This document shows positions 28,226 to 29,652 of a stretch of DNA of 29,652 bases, piece after piece. Made by a program: the position numbers and the translations under genes. Numbering within the stretch: position 1 is the first letter of the stretch; every line of letters begins with the position of its first letter. The notes beneath the pieces are model-generated. The model saw only the letters and a list, made by a program, of their open reading frames with translations, was not told the DNA's origin and ran no database searches. Source of the DNA: Blastocatellia bacterium (lineage in GTDB: Bacteria > Acidobacteriota > Blastocatellia > UBA7656); contig CAVXWP010000011.1 of the NCBI GenBank assembly GCA_963765495.1, positions 1-29,652 on the forward strand. Reading direction: 5' to 3'.

Positions 28226-29463
28226 TTCGCCATATCTTCAAGATGGTCTGGAACCGCAAGCGGATCAACTTCCTTATCACCGTAGAAATTTTCTTTTCAT
28301 TCCTGGTTCTGTTTGCGGTCATGCTGTTTGCCGTACACTACATAAACAATTATCGCCACACTCTCGGCTTCGATTATGAAGACGTGTATAACGTGAGTAT
28401 CGAAAGAGGAGACAATCGCGGAAGAGTTTTTGCCGGAGGGGAAGACTCTACCGCCTTGTCTAACGAGATGACCCTGGGATATGGTAGGGGAGTTGCGCCA
28501 GTTTGACGAGGTAGAAGAAGTAGCGGGCATACAGATGTCGCCCTTTTCACAATCAAGCGGCAATTCCGATTACAACATCGGCGGGCGCAGCATCAGGTAT
28601 GAATTTGATGAAGCGACCGACACTTTCGCCGATGTCATGAAGTTGAATGTGGCGCGCGGCAGATGGTTTGGCAAAGAAGATGACGGCTCGAATGATGAGT
28701 TTCTTGGTTGCTCATCAACGAGCGATTCCAGCTGCTGACCTGTTCGGCTGACGAAGACCCCGACAGGCCGGTATCATCAAGGCCGACGCGGACCCGCGAG
28801 GCAACCCCATAGAAAAGCAGGACCGGGTCATCGGGGTCATATCCGATTTCCGCAAAGATGGGCGAGTTCGGAGCACTTGAAAACTTCGTTTTCCGGCGCA
28901 AAAACTTAAACGATCCAAAGAGTCGACCTGTCGAGAACCTTCTGATAAGAGTTCGCCCGGGCACATCGGCTGCCTTTGAGGAAAAGTTGATGGCTCGAAT
29001 GCAGACCGTGGCCCGCGACTGGTCATTTGAGATCGAGCCGCTCGCCGTTATGCGAGACACCATGCATCAGATATATCTCGCGCCGATAATCGCCGCGGGG
29101 CTAGTCGCGGGGTTTCTGATGATAATGGTGGGGCTCGGGCTTACGGGCGTGCTCTGGCAAAATGTCACGCAGAGGACAAAAGAGATCGGGCTCAGGCGAG
29201 CCAAAGGCGCGACCGCCGGAAAGATTTACACTCAGATTCTGGGCGAGCTTTTGATCATCACATCCTTCGGACTGGTCGTCGGAACCTTGATCGTAGTCCA
29301 GTTCCCGCTCCTCGATCTGATCGGCTATATAAGCAGCGGAGTATACATTTCGAGCCTCCTGATTTCGCTCTTTCTGATATATCTGTTGACGCTCGTTTGC
29401 GGGTTGTATCCAAGCTGGCTTGCGACTAAAGTACGACCTGCCGAAGCATTGCATTACGAATGA
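28222..29463 (+). pseudogene. Second MacB/FtsX-type ABC permease with multiple frameshifts (probably sequencing errors)
   Basis: Pieces in changing frames: MIRHIFKMVWNRK, GRWF, LINERF, AADLFG, DEDP, RVIGVISDFRKD, GEFG...RTKEIGLRRAKGA...PAEALHYE. Confidence 0.85.
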
Positions 29464-29600
29464 GCAGTAGGCAGCAGGCAGTAGGCAGTAGGCAGTTACG
29501 GAGTTGGGTACCACCTCTTCATATGCATACCCCATGCTCTCTTTAGCAGTAGTCATCAATTCAGTATCAACTGCCTACTGCCTACTGCCTACTGCTCATT
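29459..29600. repeat. Inverted heptamer-repeat cassette (GCAGTAG)n ... (CTACTGC)n
   Basis: Arms 29459-29497 and 29569-29600; left arm contains the permease TGA and one extra unit. Confidence 0.93.
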
Positions 29601-29605
29601 GTTCG

Positions 29606-29652
29606 ATGGAACAAACGATGGACCGAGCTAGTAATAACGGCGAGATGATTCT
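29606..29652 (+). CDS. Possible 5' end of a CDS (perhaps a response regulator), truncated by window end
   Basis: Open frame MEQTMDRASNNGEMI(L); identity inferred only from context. Confidence 0.3.
   Translation, partial: MEQTMDRASNNGEMI

Noticed and set aside
5717-29600. CRISPR array interpretation of the repeats
   Set aside because: Units are 7-9 nt, contiguous, without unique spacers; no cas genes.

Overview
Chromosomal-looking bacterial DNA, inferred to be Acidobacteriota (ADOP-type duplicated permeases, Oar-like TonB-dependent receptor, DUF1080). Order: 3' half of tRNA-Glu(CTC) and terminator; two paralogous PilZ genes flanking ywbE; two small ORFs (one frameshifted); hybrid histidine kinase; secreted protein broken by an in-frame TAA; two ADOP permeases; three exported hydrolases (CocE/NonD, DUF1080, GH5); a 1026-aa orphan NorD/CbbO-like VWA protein with an N-terminal helical repeat array; a second hybrid kinase; a TonB-dependent receptor; and a MacAB-type efflux operon with an enhancer-IHF-sigma54 promoter. 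The most striking unexplained feature is non-coding: most intergenic gaps between 5.7 and 29.6 kb hold a cassette of short tandem 7-mers or 9-mers, usually as an inverted pair around a 14-125 nt core, with a mostly locus-specific unit and often abutting a stop codon. Several frameshifts look like sequencing indels, so pseudogene calls are tentative. No integrase, transposase or CRISPR array was seen.
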